64,000 nt of DNA from Bacteroidales bacterium (GTDB taxonomy: Bacteria; Bacteroidota; Bacteroidia; Bacteroidales; UBA932), in contig JAVBOE010000017.1 in assembly GCA_031550925.1 (NCBI GenBank), positions 21,384 through 85,383 of the forward strand, given 5' to 3'. Below are positions 1 through 9,086 of the stretch, piece after piece; position 1 is the first letter of the stretch; each line of letters opens with the position of its first letter. The notes beneath the pieces were generated by a model. That model did not search any database. It was not told the origin of the DNA and worked only from the letters and a program-made list of their open reading frames with translations. Position numbers and translations under genes: made by a program.

Positions 1-3000
1 CTTTTCTCCATGCTCACTTTTATGCGAGCATACCACTCTTCTACAGGTCCTTTATAAATATAGTTCTTGATTAAGGTGTTATAGAAATATTTATTATCTG
101 GCGTATTAAATTCTTTGCAAAGCAAATCGTATTCTTTGCGTATGTATGCTGTTATGTTTTTTGTACAAGAACGAAGGTCGTTGCCAAAGTCTTCAACCTT
201 TATTCTTGGTAGTATTTTTGTGGCAATTACTCCGCATTTTAAGTAGAGGGGTTGAGCCTTTGATAGTATCATCCCGTTTCCGTAAAATAGTATCGGCGTA
301 ACTTCCAGCTTCAGCTCTTCTGCTAGATAAAATGCGCCTTTATGATATCGTTGTATCTTCCCATCGTATGAGCGTGTACCTTCTGGAAATATTGCGATTG
401 AGTAGCCCTCGTTAATCTTTTTGCGCATCCGGTCGAGGTAGCTTTCATACCCTTCTCCTATATAAAAATAACCAACAAATCGGATTATTAATCCGAAAAC
501 CGGTGAGTTATGAACCCATTTGTTGGTTACCATTAATATTCTAGGACTTAATGATAGCAGGCGAAGTATATCAGTTAATGATTGATGGTTTGCAACTATT
601 ATGGATGGAACTTTAAATGTTTCGTTGGTCGTATTAATTGTATTCTTTTTTATAAAGAAGCAAGTCCATGAAATAAAACGGCAACAATACATTATAAGAT
701 AGCACATCCATAGCTTTTTTCGCTGAGTCTTTATTGGTGTAAATAAGAGTGTTATAAGAAAAGCGTGGAAAGTAAGGCACCCTACAAGAAATATTGTAAA
801 TGCATATATTGTTTGCAGTATGCCCATTACAGTGTATGGCTGTCTTCCTTTTGCTGCCGGATTGGCAATAAAGAAGTTAAAAATTACAGGCTCTAAAGTA
901 TATGCTACTAATACTACTGCAACCATTCCCAGTATTGACATGTATGATATTGAGTGTAGTGCCGGATGTTTAGCCAGTATCATTGCTCCCATTCCAACTA
1001 TAATTGTAAAGGCAGAGAAAAATATAGCGGTTTTGTGAGAGTTTAGAACTGCTTTACCTGTTCGGTATTTGTTCTGCAAACCGTCCATGATGAATATGCT
1101 GAAATCGTCGCCAATACCAAAAATGAACGTTGATAGAATAATGCTGATAATGTTGAATTGTATGCCGAATAACCCCATTATACCAATAATAATTATCCAG
1201 CTTATTATCATTGGCAAGAAGCTGATTAATGTTAACTCGATACGGCCGTATGAAATAAGAAGCGCGAAAAAGATAAGGAATGAGGAGATGTAAAGAACCA
1301 AATAAAAGTCATCGTTAACAACCGATACCCATTTGGATGTAAAGTAGGCACGGTCGAATATTACTACGTCATCATGTCCTTCAAATGCTTTATATACCTG
1401 CTCTTTATTGTTGTCGTTCAGCTTCACTATGCTTATAAGCATGGTTAGTCCGTCAGCTTCTCCATACCAATCATTTAACCTTTTACCGAAAAAGCTGTTG
1501 CCTTTGTTCAGGTCTGCTATTTCGAAAGAAGAATCTATCCAAGTGTAGAAATCGTTGAAAGCAGTGGCTCGAAAACCAAGTTTACTACTTTCTGTTTGTA
1601 TGGCTGCTTTTACAAAATCCTTTCTATCTTTAGTCCAGAAGCTGTTCCATTTTTGTATGTGCTTTTGCTGTTCTTCTTTGGTAATAAAAAAACGTTCGGC
1701 AGAGGCGTATTCAACAATCAGGCTGTCTTCTTTTAGAGCAGAGAGTTTCTTATTAGCTGCACGATAATTTTTTGTTGCTTCATCTAAATCATTTCCAACA
1801 GAAACGAACATAACATTCTTTTTGTTATCATTGTTGAATAGCTGATTTAGCTTTTGTTCAGTTTGTTTTAGATGCTTAGGTTCATAGCTAAGGTTTGTCA
1901 TGTCGCTATCAAAACCCACATACTTTGACGTGAAAAAACAGATGACGGTAATGACTATAATACCTCCGACTAACCATTTGTTTTTTTCAAAATGATATGC
2001 GTTAAAGCGCTCAATGGCGCGTAGCACTTTGCCTTGCTTCTGATGAGCTTGTCCGCTTAAAAAATGCGGTAAATATATTAAGCAGAATAAGGTTGTGCCA
2101 ATCAGGGCTAATGCGGCAAACAGTCCGATATTTTGTAGTAGGGCGGAGTTTGTAAATAGCAAACCCAGAAAAGCACCTATTGTTGTAAAACTGCCGACTG
2201 TTAAGGGATAGGCTATTTCTTTAACCAGCTGCTGTGGAGATTTTACATGATTTTGGTGCGCTATCATGTGAATAGAGTAGCTGAGTGCAATGCCCAGCAC
2301 AACGGCGCCTGCACCAACGGCAATGGCAGAAACGCTTCCTTGAATCAACGAAATAAAGCAAAGTGAAAATAAAGCACCAAATAAAACCGGAGTAATAATC
2401 AGAACTATGTCAATCTTACGTTTGAATACAAGCGACATAAAAACAACAATAACCAATAGCGATGCAATAACCGTAAGCATGGTATCGGTTTTAACTTGCC
2501 GGGCGTTATATACCGCAACAGATGGGCCTCCGAAGTATTCTATATCCAGGTTTAAGTTATTATTTTCAAGCAACTCTATTTCTTTTTCTAATGCGGTAAT
2601 CAGCACATCATTTTTTGCTGTGTTGCCCGTGCTATACATAGGTGTGATAAACATTAAAAGAGTGCTGCCATCTTCAGAAAAAATATAGCCATCGTTATAC
2701 TGATAGGTAGATTCAATTTGAAAATCCTGTAAGCCTTTTAAGGTAGATCCCGCAATGCCCAAGGGGTCGCGCATGATATACTCTTTCATTACCATACCGC
2801 TTGGAGATATAAGATTAGCGTAATTTCTACGCATTATATCCTCAATCCGGTTGTTAGATAGTAGCGAGTCTATATATTGATAATCATTGTCCGATAAGAA
2901 AAGCGGAAGGTTGTCATAAATAAAATCGCTTACCTGAGACCTTGTATCGTTACCTACTTTGAGCAGAATATCTTCGATGTATTCGTCAACCTGTTGTTGT

Positions 3001-3287
3001 AACGTTTCATTAAGCTGTTCTGCTGCCGCGATTAGGCTGTCTGTTTCTACTCCGTAATCTTTAGTAGAAAACATAACAATAATCTTATCCTTAATCTTAA
3101 GGTTATCGAATACTTTGGATATATTTTTTGTGTCTTTTGTTTTTGGGAAAAAATGGGTAATATTCTCGTCTAACTTTATTTGAAATGCAGCGTATGCCAT
3201 GCCTGTAGTAAAAATAATGAGCGACAGGTATAGCAACACTTTGCGGCGTTGAAAAAAATTATATATGCTGACAAAAAAAGACCCCAT
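1..3287 (-). CDS. MMPL/RND-type exporter fused to a PlsC-like lysophospholipid acyltransferase domain (3'-partial, continues past window start)
   Basis: Uninterrupted minus-strand frame from ATG at 3287-3285 to base 1 (at least 1095 codons). It is absent from the supplied ORF track because it has no in-window stop. My translation starts MGSFFVSIYNFFQRRKVLLYLSLIIF and has two multi-helix membrane bundles (e.g. IFGIGDDFSIFIMDG). It then shows acyltransferase motifs VANHQSLTDI (HX4D) and IFPEGTRS. Track ORFs 820-2688 (+) are antisense shadows of it. Confidence 0.85.
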   Translation of the reverse strand, partial: MGSFFVSIYNFFQRRKVLLYLSLIIFTTGMAYAAFQIKLDENITHFFPKTKDTKNISKVFDNLKIKDKIIVMFSTKDYGVETDSLIAAAEQLNETLQQQVDEYIEDILLKVGNDTRSQVSDFIYDNLPLFLSDNDYQYIDSLLSNNRIEDIMRRNYANLISPSGMVMKEYIMRDPLGIAGSTLKGLQDFQIESTYQYNDGYIFSEDGSTLLMFITPMYSTGNTAKNDVLITALEKEIELLENNNLNLDIEYFGGPSVAVYNARQVKTDTMLTVIASLLVIVVFMSLVFKRKIDIVLIITPVLFGALFSLCFISLIQGSVSAIAVGAGAVVLGIALSYSIHMIAHQNHVKSPQQLVKEIAYPLTVGSFTTIGAFLGLLFTNSALLQNIGLFAALALIGTTLFCLIYLPHFLSGQAHQKQGKVLRAIERFNAYHFEKNKWLVGGIIVITVICFFTSKYVGFDSDMTNLSYEPKHLKQTEQKLNQLFNNDNKKNVMFVSVGNDLDEATKNYRAANKKLSALKEDSLIVEYASAERFFITKEEQQKHIQKWNSFWTKDRKDFVKAAIQTESSKLGFRATAFNDFYTWIDSSFEIADLNKGNSFFGKRLNDWYGEADGLTMLISIVKLNDNNKEQVYKAFEGHDDVVIFDRAYFTSKWVSVVNDDFYLVLYISSFLIFFALLISYGRIELTLISFLPMIISWIIIIGIMGLFGIQFNIISIILSTFIFGIGDDFSIFIMDGLQNKYRTGKAVLNSHKTAIFFSAFTIIVGMGAMILAKHPALHSISYMSILGMVAVVLVAYTLEPVIFNFFIANPAAKGRQPYTVMGILQTIYAFTIFLVGCLTFHAFLITLLFTPIKTQRKKLWMCYLIMYCCRFISWTCFFIKKNTINTTNETFKVPSIIVANHQSLTDILRLLSLSPRILMVTNKWVHNSPVFGLIIRFVGYFYIGEGYESYLDRMRKKINEGYSIAIFPEGTRSYDGKIQRYHKGAFYLAEELKLEVTPILFYGNGMILSKAQPLYLKCGVIATKILPRIKVEDFGNDLRSCTKNITAYIRKEYDLLCKEFNTPDNKYFYNTLIKNYIYKGPVEEWYARIKVSMEK

Positions 3288-3295
3288 TGTAATAA

Positions 3296-4483
3296 TTAGT
3301 CGGCTATGTTTTGCGAACGTTTTCTAAAAGCTGTAAGTAATCCAAATGTAAGTAATCCTATTGTAATGCTACATATTGCTGCAAAAATAAAGCTGCCTAC
3401 AATATATTGCGTAAGGACATTCCATGCGCTCTCTAAAGATAAATCCGTAAATGCTAAACTTACAGGTTGACCTAAAGCCAAGCATCCGGTAACGTAGCTG
3501 CCATATAGCAAAAACGGTATCATTGGCGGTATGCTTATGTTTGAGGCAACCAGAGCTATCACTTTATTCAGTCTCAAAAATTGAGCAAGTACTAATGCTA
3601 AAATCATTTGGTATCCCCAAACCGGAACGATACCCATAAATACTCCTAGCATTACAGACAGAGTGATGTGCCTATTAGAATCGGGAGAGTGGGTAATGTG
3701 ATTGTGTGTAAACTTCTTGATATTAGTCCATGTCAGCGCTTTAAAGAAACGCTTTGGATATGCCCAAAAGAACGCAATAAGAACCAAAACAGTATTTACA
3801 ACGCTGATACGAAAAAAATCTCGTAACGGACGAAAATGTGATACCCGTTCTCCTTCGGGCGGATAGTAAACCTTAACAGGAATATTCTTAACAGGAATAC
3901 CTTTCCAGGCAGAGAAGACAATAATCTCCAGCTCAAACTCATACTTGGCTGTGTAGCCTTTCATACTACCTATTTTATGTAAAGGGTATAACCTATAGCC
4001 CGATTGTGTATCTGTTAGCTTTTTGCCTGTTTCAACATGATACCAAAAGTTTGAGAACTTATTGGCAAAAGTATTTTTACCGGGCATATTATTGGCAGTA
4101 AGATTTCTTGCTCCAATAAGTAGCGAATCGGGATGTTGTTCTATTTCCTCTGCAAATGTTGGTATATCAGATGGGTAGTGTTGTCCGTCAGAATCTATTG
4201 TGATTGCATAGCGGAAACCTTGTTCTTTTGCAGCAAGTAATCCGTTTTTTAGTGCACGTCCTTTACCTTTATTCTTTGGATGGGTAATTATCTGTATGCT
4301 CTCAAAGCCTTGTATAACATTGGCTGTATTGTCTGTAGAGCCATCATTTACCACTATAATATCCTGGCAGTATTCGCTTACACCTTCAATAACAGATGCT
4401 AAAGTTTTGTCGTTATTGTATGTAGGAATAATAACGACAATCCCAAGTTCTTTCAGCTTACTATGCCAAGAAATACTATTCAT
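3296..4483 (-). CDS. Family 2 glycosyltransferase with C-terminal multi-TM (DUF2062-like) domain
   Basis: GT-A motifs VVIIPTYNN, VVNDGSTDNT and TIDSDGQH. The C-terminal half is hydrophobic helices. The stop lies 9 nt from the downstream MMPL start. Confidence 0.8.
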   Translation of the reverse strand: MNSISWHSKLKELGIVVIIPTYNNDKTLASVIEGVSEYCQDIIVVNDGSTDNTANVIQGFESIQIITHPKNKGKGRALKNGLLAAKEQGFRYAITIDSDGQHYPSDIPTFAEEIEQHPDSLLIGARNLTANNMPGKNTFANKFSNFWYHVETGKKLTDTQSGYRLYPLHKIGSMKGYTAKYEFELEIIVFSAWKGIPVKNIPVKVYYPPEGERVSHFRPLRDFFRISVVNTVLVLIAFFWAYPKRFFKALTWTNIKKFTHNHITHSPDSNRHITLSVMLGVFMGIVPVWGYQMILALVLAQFLRLNKVIALVASNISIPPMIPFLLYGSYVTGCLALGQPVSLAFTDLSLESAWNVLTQYIVGSFIFAAICSITIGLLTFGLLTAFRKRSQNIAD

Positions 4484-4484
4484 C

Positions 4485-4853
4485 TCATCGCTTTTTTAGA
4501 ACGGCTTTCAGCTTAGTTACCGTCTGTTCTTTTTGCAGAATATCTGCCTGTACGTTTATGCTGCTATCTTCTCCTTCTGTCAGTACCATTATTATTTCAA
4601 TCATGTTGTCGGTCTTAGGGTTTATGACAGATAAAAACTTGCATGACTGCATTTGACTATAGCAGAGGTCGGTGTTTTTAATTTTCTCTACCCATTCCTT
4701 TACCATTTGCATTGTGCATACACCTGGAACAATGGGCTGTTCAGGAAAATGCCCTTTATATATTTCGTGATTCGCGTTTAGCTCCACTTTAATGGTGTAA
4801 TTTCCCGCGCTTTCTTGAATAGCAATAATTGTATAAAAATCTTTAAGCAACAT
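4485..4853 (-). CDS. Hotdog-fold 3-hydroxyacyl-ACP dehydratase (FabZ/FabA-like)
   Basis: HFPEQPIVPGV motif, 122 aa. There is a 1-nt gap to the downstream GT2 start. Confidence 0.75.
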   Translation of the reverse strand: MLLKDFYTIIAIQESAGNYTIKVELNANHEIYKGHFPEQPIVPGVCTMQMVKEWVEKIKNTDLCYSQMQSCKFLSVINPKTDNMIEIIMVLTEGEDSSINVQADILQKEQTVTKLKAVLKKR

Positions 4854-4867
4854 GCGATAAAATATTT

Positions 4868-5398
4868 CTATAATCTTTCAAGGTTAATAGATACACCAAT
4901 CCAAGAATGATTGATGGTCAGCTTTTCAAAGTCGTTATCTTGCGATTTATATTTCTGAAAAACACTCTTGCCAAAGTTTCTTCCTGATATTTTCTCGACA
5001 TATATTTCGTTTGATTTTGTCTTCCTAAACTTTTGATTGGCTAAAAACAGCTTCTTAAAATCGTTTTCAAACAGCATAATCACTCTTTTGTTTCGCAATG
5101 GTTCTACGCAGCTGTAAACTGTAAATTGTTCATCTTTCAATCCAAAATCAAATAGAGTAGGGCCAAAAAAAGTTGATGCTACAATACGAATTTCATCATT
5201 AGCTTTACGTTGTACAATAAGCATTCCGCTAAAGCTTTGCTTTTTAAAGCTAAGCTGCATATTGAACTTTTGCATCTCGCTATCAACGTTCAATAAGGGA
5301 GGATTGCCCGCTTCTACAGGCATTATCTTACTTGAACATGACGACAGAACAAGTAGCAAAAGAATACATAAACTAGCTAACCGAAAACTTTTCGTCAT
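4868..5398 (-). CDS. Small lipoprotein of unknown function (cluster-associated)
   Basis: The track ORF starts at 5455, but the internal ATG at 5398 gives MTKSFRLASLCILLLLVLSSC, a signal peptide plus lipobox Cys. No recognisable catalytic motif. Confidence 0.6.
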   Translation of the reverse strand: MTKSFRLASLCILLLLVLSSCSSKIMPVEAGNPPLLNVDSEMQKFNMQLSFKKQSFSGMLIVQRKANDEIRIVASTFFGPTLFDFGLKDEQFTVYSCVEPLRNKRVIMLFENDFKKLFLANQKFRKTKSNEIYVEKISGRNFGKSVFQKYKSQDNDFEKLTINHSWIGVSINLERL

Positions 5399-6005
5399 TT
5401 TGCAAAGAGTTGAATTTCTTATTGCTGAAAATGTAATCGGTGTAATCTGTTGCATTCTCTGATATTCTTAGCTTATCTACCGACATATCCTTTTTGTCAA
5501 AATAGATATGAAAATCTTTTATGTATTTCTGAACAACCTTACTTTTCGGCTTTACGATAACCAAAAAGTTTTTTGAATCTTCGAAGTACTCCAGCTCATA
5601 ATCTGATGACAGTAAAGAAATATCTCCGGACATACACGCTGTGAGCATTCCTTGCATCTCTTTCATTGTCTTGTTAGAGGCGAGATTTACAATAGATTTT
5701 TTACCATTATCTGTAATCTTCAGTTTGTCTCCATTTATCACAATTATGTAGTTCAAAGAGCCGGTATAATCAAGGCAAATCTTATTGCTATGCTTGTAGT
5801 AGAACTTACCTTTTAGCGTGATATCGCTATCAAAAACATCAAGATGTTTTATCTGAGTAAAGCTGCTTTCAATGCTTTTTACCGCTTTGGTTGATTGCCC
5901 TAATTTTTGTTCAAATGCTTGCTTATCTTCTATCTTCTTCATTTGAGCAGATAGCGATACGACAAATATTGTCAGAGTAAAAAGTGTGGCTATAATATAT
6001 TTCAT
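5373..6005 (-). CDS. LolA-like outer-membrane lipoprotein carrier family protein
   Basis: Signal peptide MKYIIATLFTLTIFVVSLSAQ. About 200 aa and beta-rich. Its position next to the exporter matches aryl-polyene clusters. The family call is from pattern and context only. Confidence 0.5.
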   Translation of the reverse strand: MKYIIATLFTLTIFVVSLSAQMKKIEDKQAFEQKLGQSTKAVKSIESSFTQIKHLDVFDSDITLKGKFYYKHSNKICLDYTGSLNYIIVINGDKLKITDNGKKSIVNLASNKTMKEMQGMLTACMSGDISLLSSDYELEYFEDSKNFLVIVKPKSKVVQKYIKDFHIYFDKKDMSVDKLRISENATDYTDYIFSNKKFNSLQNDEKFSVS

Positions 6006-6694
6006 GCTTCAAAATTCAAGTTAAATAATTCGTCAACTCTAACAAATTTATATCCTTTGTTGCTAATTAATTTGATAACACGCTCTAATGTGTCATCACT
6101 GGTTTTCAGGTCATCATGCAGTAAAATTACAGATCCGAAAGACAGCTTTTTTTCTACTCGTTTTAATACCTTACTGCTACTTTTGCAGGTATCTAAAGTG
6201 CGAATATTCCAGCCTATCGTGATGTACCTATGCTTCTTTACCATTCGCGCAATGGTTGGATTTGTTACACCAAAAGGAGGACGAAATAGCTGCGTTTTTT
6301 CTCCCGTAATATCTTCTATCTTTTTAGAGCATTCCGATGCTTCACTTGCCATTCTTTTAGCTGAATATAAGGGAAATTTACCGGAATGGTTGTGGCTGTG
6401 ATTTCCCAATAAATGCCCTTCGTTTTTAATTCGTTGTATTATATTTTCGTTTCCTGCAATTTTGCTGCCAATGCAAAAGAAACAGGCTTTGATATTGTAC
6501 TTTTTTAAAATATCTAACACTTTAGGCGTTTGTGTAGAGTCTGGACCATCATCAAATGTCAGTGCTACAACTTTTCCTGCTTTAGGATTGCGGCATAAGG
6601 CATTAAGATACACTCGCGATCTTATACTGTATGATGCATAAAAAAAGAAAAGCATCACAACAATTAGTATGCCAACCACAATCAACGTACTCAT
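6002..6694 (-). CDS. NodB-type polysaccharide deacetylase with N-terminal TM anchor
   Basis: Motifs LTFDDGPD and HSHNH. ATGA start/stop overlaps occur at both ends (6002-6005 and 6691-6694). Confidence 0.8.
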   Translation of the reverse strand: MSTLIVVGILIVVMLFFFYASYSIRSRVYLNALCRNPKAGKVVALTFDDGPDSTQTPKVLDILKKYNIKACFFCIGSKIAGNENIIQRIKNEGHLLGNHSHNHSGKFPLYSAKRMASEASECSKKIEDITGEKTQLFRPPFGVTNPTIARMVKKHRYITIGWNIRTLDTCKSSSKVLKRVEKKLSFGSVILLHDDLKTSDDTLERVIKLISNKGYKFVRVDELFNLNFEA

Positions 6695-7638
6695 TTCCCT
6701 AGCAGCATTATTGAATGATTTTCGCCATTGTAATGGTTATAAATCAATATATTTTGTATCTCGGCATTAGTTATTAAGCTATCAACCGCTATGTAAAAAG
6801 CATGTGATGAAGCCGTATGATATTCGCCACAAGCATCTTTAAATGTATGATGGGTTGCTGAATTAGATATACTATTTACTACATCTGTATATATTTTGTC
6901 TTGCTCTATATTTCCGTTTTCCCCTGTGATTATTGCATCAATATTGCTAGTCTCTATGCCTACACTTTTCAATAGGGCTTGAATATATGATGATATTTCA
7001 GCAGAATTCATTTTGCCTGATAATGCCTTAACTCCCTTAAGTTCTATGTATGTATTTGAAGGTTTATCGCTTAGAATAAAAAAGTGTGCTCCCTCTCCTA
7101 ATGTCGTGTTTTTAAGGCATCCCAACTTTTCTATGATTGCCTGAGCGGTATGGGTTACTTCATCAATAGCCCCGACAAGAACATTTTTATCGCCTTCGTT
7201 AATGCGCATCATTGCATCTATTAACGCACTCTCAAAGCTTATTCCACGATGAACAAACGTGTTGTTATATGCATGGTTGTTGGTAAGCAATGCAATCTGC
7301 GAACCAATTACATTGAATGTTGATTGAGTAAATGCTGTGGGATTCAACAATCGTTCGTCATTTTCGATAATCAAATTCAAAAACTTTTCGGTATCCTCAA
7401 GGCATCCTAAACCCGTTGCTGTTATTATAGAATCAACAGGTTTATTGTTGTTCTTTTGTAAACAAAGCAAGCCACATGCAACTCCCATTTTTACAATATG
7501 GCTCATGCGCCGACGCAGGTTGGCATTGGTAATAACGTCTTTATAGTCCGGCTCTATGGCATGTAGAATACCGCCTTCACCTATCATACCATCAGGACTA
7601 ATTGCTGTTGCTGCGTTTATGTAAACTCTTTTTTTCAT
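6691..7638 (-). CDS. Beta-ketoacyl synthase-like protein lacking the catalytic triad (chain-length-factor-like)
   Basis: Thiolase-fold-like, 315 aa. Where KS enzymes have HGTGT and GH(T/S)xGAAG, it has ITGENGN and GEYHTASS. No TACSS-type active-site Cys context. Confidence 0.65.
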   Translation of the reverse strand: MKKRVYINAATAISPDGMIGEGGILHAIEPDYKDVITNANLRRRMSHIVKMGVACGLLCLQKNNNKPVDSIITATGLGCLEDTEKFLNLIIENDERLLNPTAFTQSTFNVIGSQIALLTNNHAYNNTFVHRGISFESALIDAMMRINEGDKNVLVGAIDEVTHTAQAIIEKLGCLKNTTLGEGAHFFILSDKPSNTYIELKGVKALSGKMNSAEISSYIQALLKSVGIETSNIDAIITGENGNIEQDKIYTDVVNSISNSATHHTFKDACGEYHTASSHAFYIAVDSLITNAEIQNILIYNHYNGENHSIMLLGK

Positions 7639-7642
7639 GCCG

Positions 7643-8830
7643 TCAGCTTATTGAAGAAAAGAGTAATGACGAATCATTCCCCCCGAATCCGAATGAGTTA
7701 GACAAAACATGCTCTATCGGTAGGAGCTGTCTATATCCCAAAACAGGACTAAGTCTTGTACCTTCTATCGGATTTTTAAAGTTAAGATTAGGATATATAA
7801 TACCCATTGCCACAGAAAGAACCGATAGCACAGCCTCTATGCCCTCTGCCGCTCCCAATGTGTGACCAATAAAGGCTTTTACAGAGCTGAAAAGAGGAAT
7901 ACTATCTCCGAATAGCCTTTCAATTGCTCTTGCTTCAGACAAATCATTATTTGGTGTTCCTGTTCCATGAACGTTTATATATCCTACTTCCGAAGGTTTT
8001 ATGCCTGCCATTTCTATGCTTTGGCGCATACACTCGTATGGCCCGTCTCCATCCGGTGAAGTTGCCGTTTGGTGGTATGCATCGTTGGCATTGGCATATC
8101 CTGTGAGCAGGCAATATGGATCTGAGTATAGAGAATAATCATTTTGCAAAACAATATAGCCTGCGCCTTCTCCGATGTTGAGCCCTGCTCGTGAAGCATC
8201 AAATGGCCTGCAATGCTCACTATCCAATATCATCAATGAGTTGAAACCGTTGAGTGTAAACTTACAAAGAGAATCTACACCACCTACAATTACAGCATCC
8301 AGCAGGCCGTTTTTTATCATTCGGGCACCCATAATAATTGCATTTGCGGCAGAAGAACAAGCAGTACTTATGGTTGTAACAAACTCTGTAATGCCTAAAT
8401 ATTCGGCAATTTGCTGTGTGCTATATCCACAATCGTGTTGAGCGAATAGCTGTACATCTGCTTGCTGAGGGTTATCCTTAAAACCAGCGTAAGCCTGTTC
8501 GCTCAAATCCATTCCGCCTACTGAGGTTGAAGAGATAAATCCGGTACGAAATGCTTTTACATTATTAATTCCGGAAGTTTGCAGTGCCTCTTTTGCTGCA
8601 ACCATACCAAGCAATGTAGTGCGACTATATGTTTTTGCTGCAGGCAAGCCGAGCATTTCTTTTAGCAGGCTATTGCTCCGCTTTACTTCGCTAACAGTTG
8701 CATTAAGGGTTGTAGGGAATAGCGTAACAGGTCCCATACCATGCTTAACGGATGACAGAGCATCCAAATGCTCACGAACATTTGTGCCTATACCCGATAT
8801 TGCTCCTATGCCTGTTACGTATATTTTCAT
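7643..8830 (-). CDS. Beta-ketoacyl-ACP synthase (FabF/FabB-type KS)
   Basis: STACSSAANAI (Cys), NVHGTGTPNND, IGHTLGAAEG, FGFGGND. Confidence 0.9.
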   Translation of the reverse strand: MKIYVTGIGAISGIGTNVREHLDALSSVKHGMGPVTLFPTTLNATVSEVKRSNSLLKEMLGLPAAKTYSRTTLLGMVAAKEALQTSGINNVKAFRTGFISSTSVGGMDLSEQAYAGFKDNPQQADVQLFAQHDCGYSTQQIAEYLGITEFVTTISTACSSAANAIIMGARMIKNGLLDAVIVGGVDSLCKFTLNGFNSLMILDSEHCRPFDASRAGLNIGEGAGYIVLQNDYSLYSDPYCLLTGYANANDAYHQTATSPDGDGPYECMRQSIEMAGIKPSEVGYINVHGTGTPNNDLSEARAIERLFGDSIPLFSSVKAFIGHTLGAAEGIEAVLSVLSVAMGIIYPNLNFKNPIEGTRLSPVLGYRQLLPIEHVLSNSFGFGGNDSSLLFSSIS

Positions 8831-9084
8831 TACTTCCGGTTTGCTTGTATGTAGTCTGCCAATGTGCGGATTGAGTGAAATATCTCTTTCCCTTCCGATG
8901 GGTTCTGAATTTTTATTCCATAGCTACGCTCAAGAATTAGCATAATCTCTAGGGCATCAATTGAATCAAGTCCAAGCCCTTCGCCAAAAAGAGGAGCATC
9001 AGCATCAATATCTGCAGGTGTAATTTCTTCGAGGTTTAGCTCTTGGATAATCTGTTGTTTTAATTTTTCAATTAGCTCTTCCAT
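8830..9084 (-). CDS. Acyl carrier protein
   Basis: 84 aa with GLDSIDALE phosphopantetheine-Ser motif. 1-nt stop/start overlap with the downstream KS. Confidence 0.9.
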   Translation of the reverse strand: MEELIEKLKQQIIQELNLEEITPADIDADAPLFGEGLGLDSIDALEIMLILERSYGIKIQNPSEGKEIFHSIRTLADYIQANRK

Positions 9085-9086
9085 GG

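Noticed and set aside
820-2688. Plus-strand track ORFs (820-1038, 1069-1293, 1555-1767, 2407-2688)
   Set aside because: They lie antisense to a continuous minus-strand frame of more than 1095 codons with clear MMPL and acyltransferase motifs. They are low-complexity shadow ORFs.
8014-8220. Overlapping same-strand and antisense small ORFs inside KS genes (e.g. 8014-8220, 7924-8106, 8175-8441)
   Set aside because: They are embedded in a KS CDS with intact catalytic motifs. They are out-of-frame shadows without any motif support.
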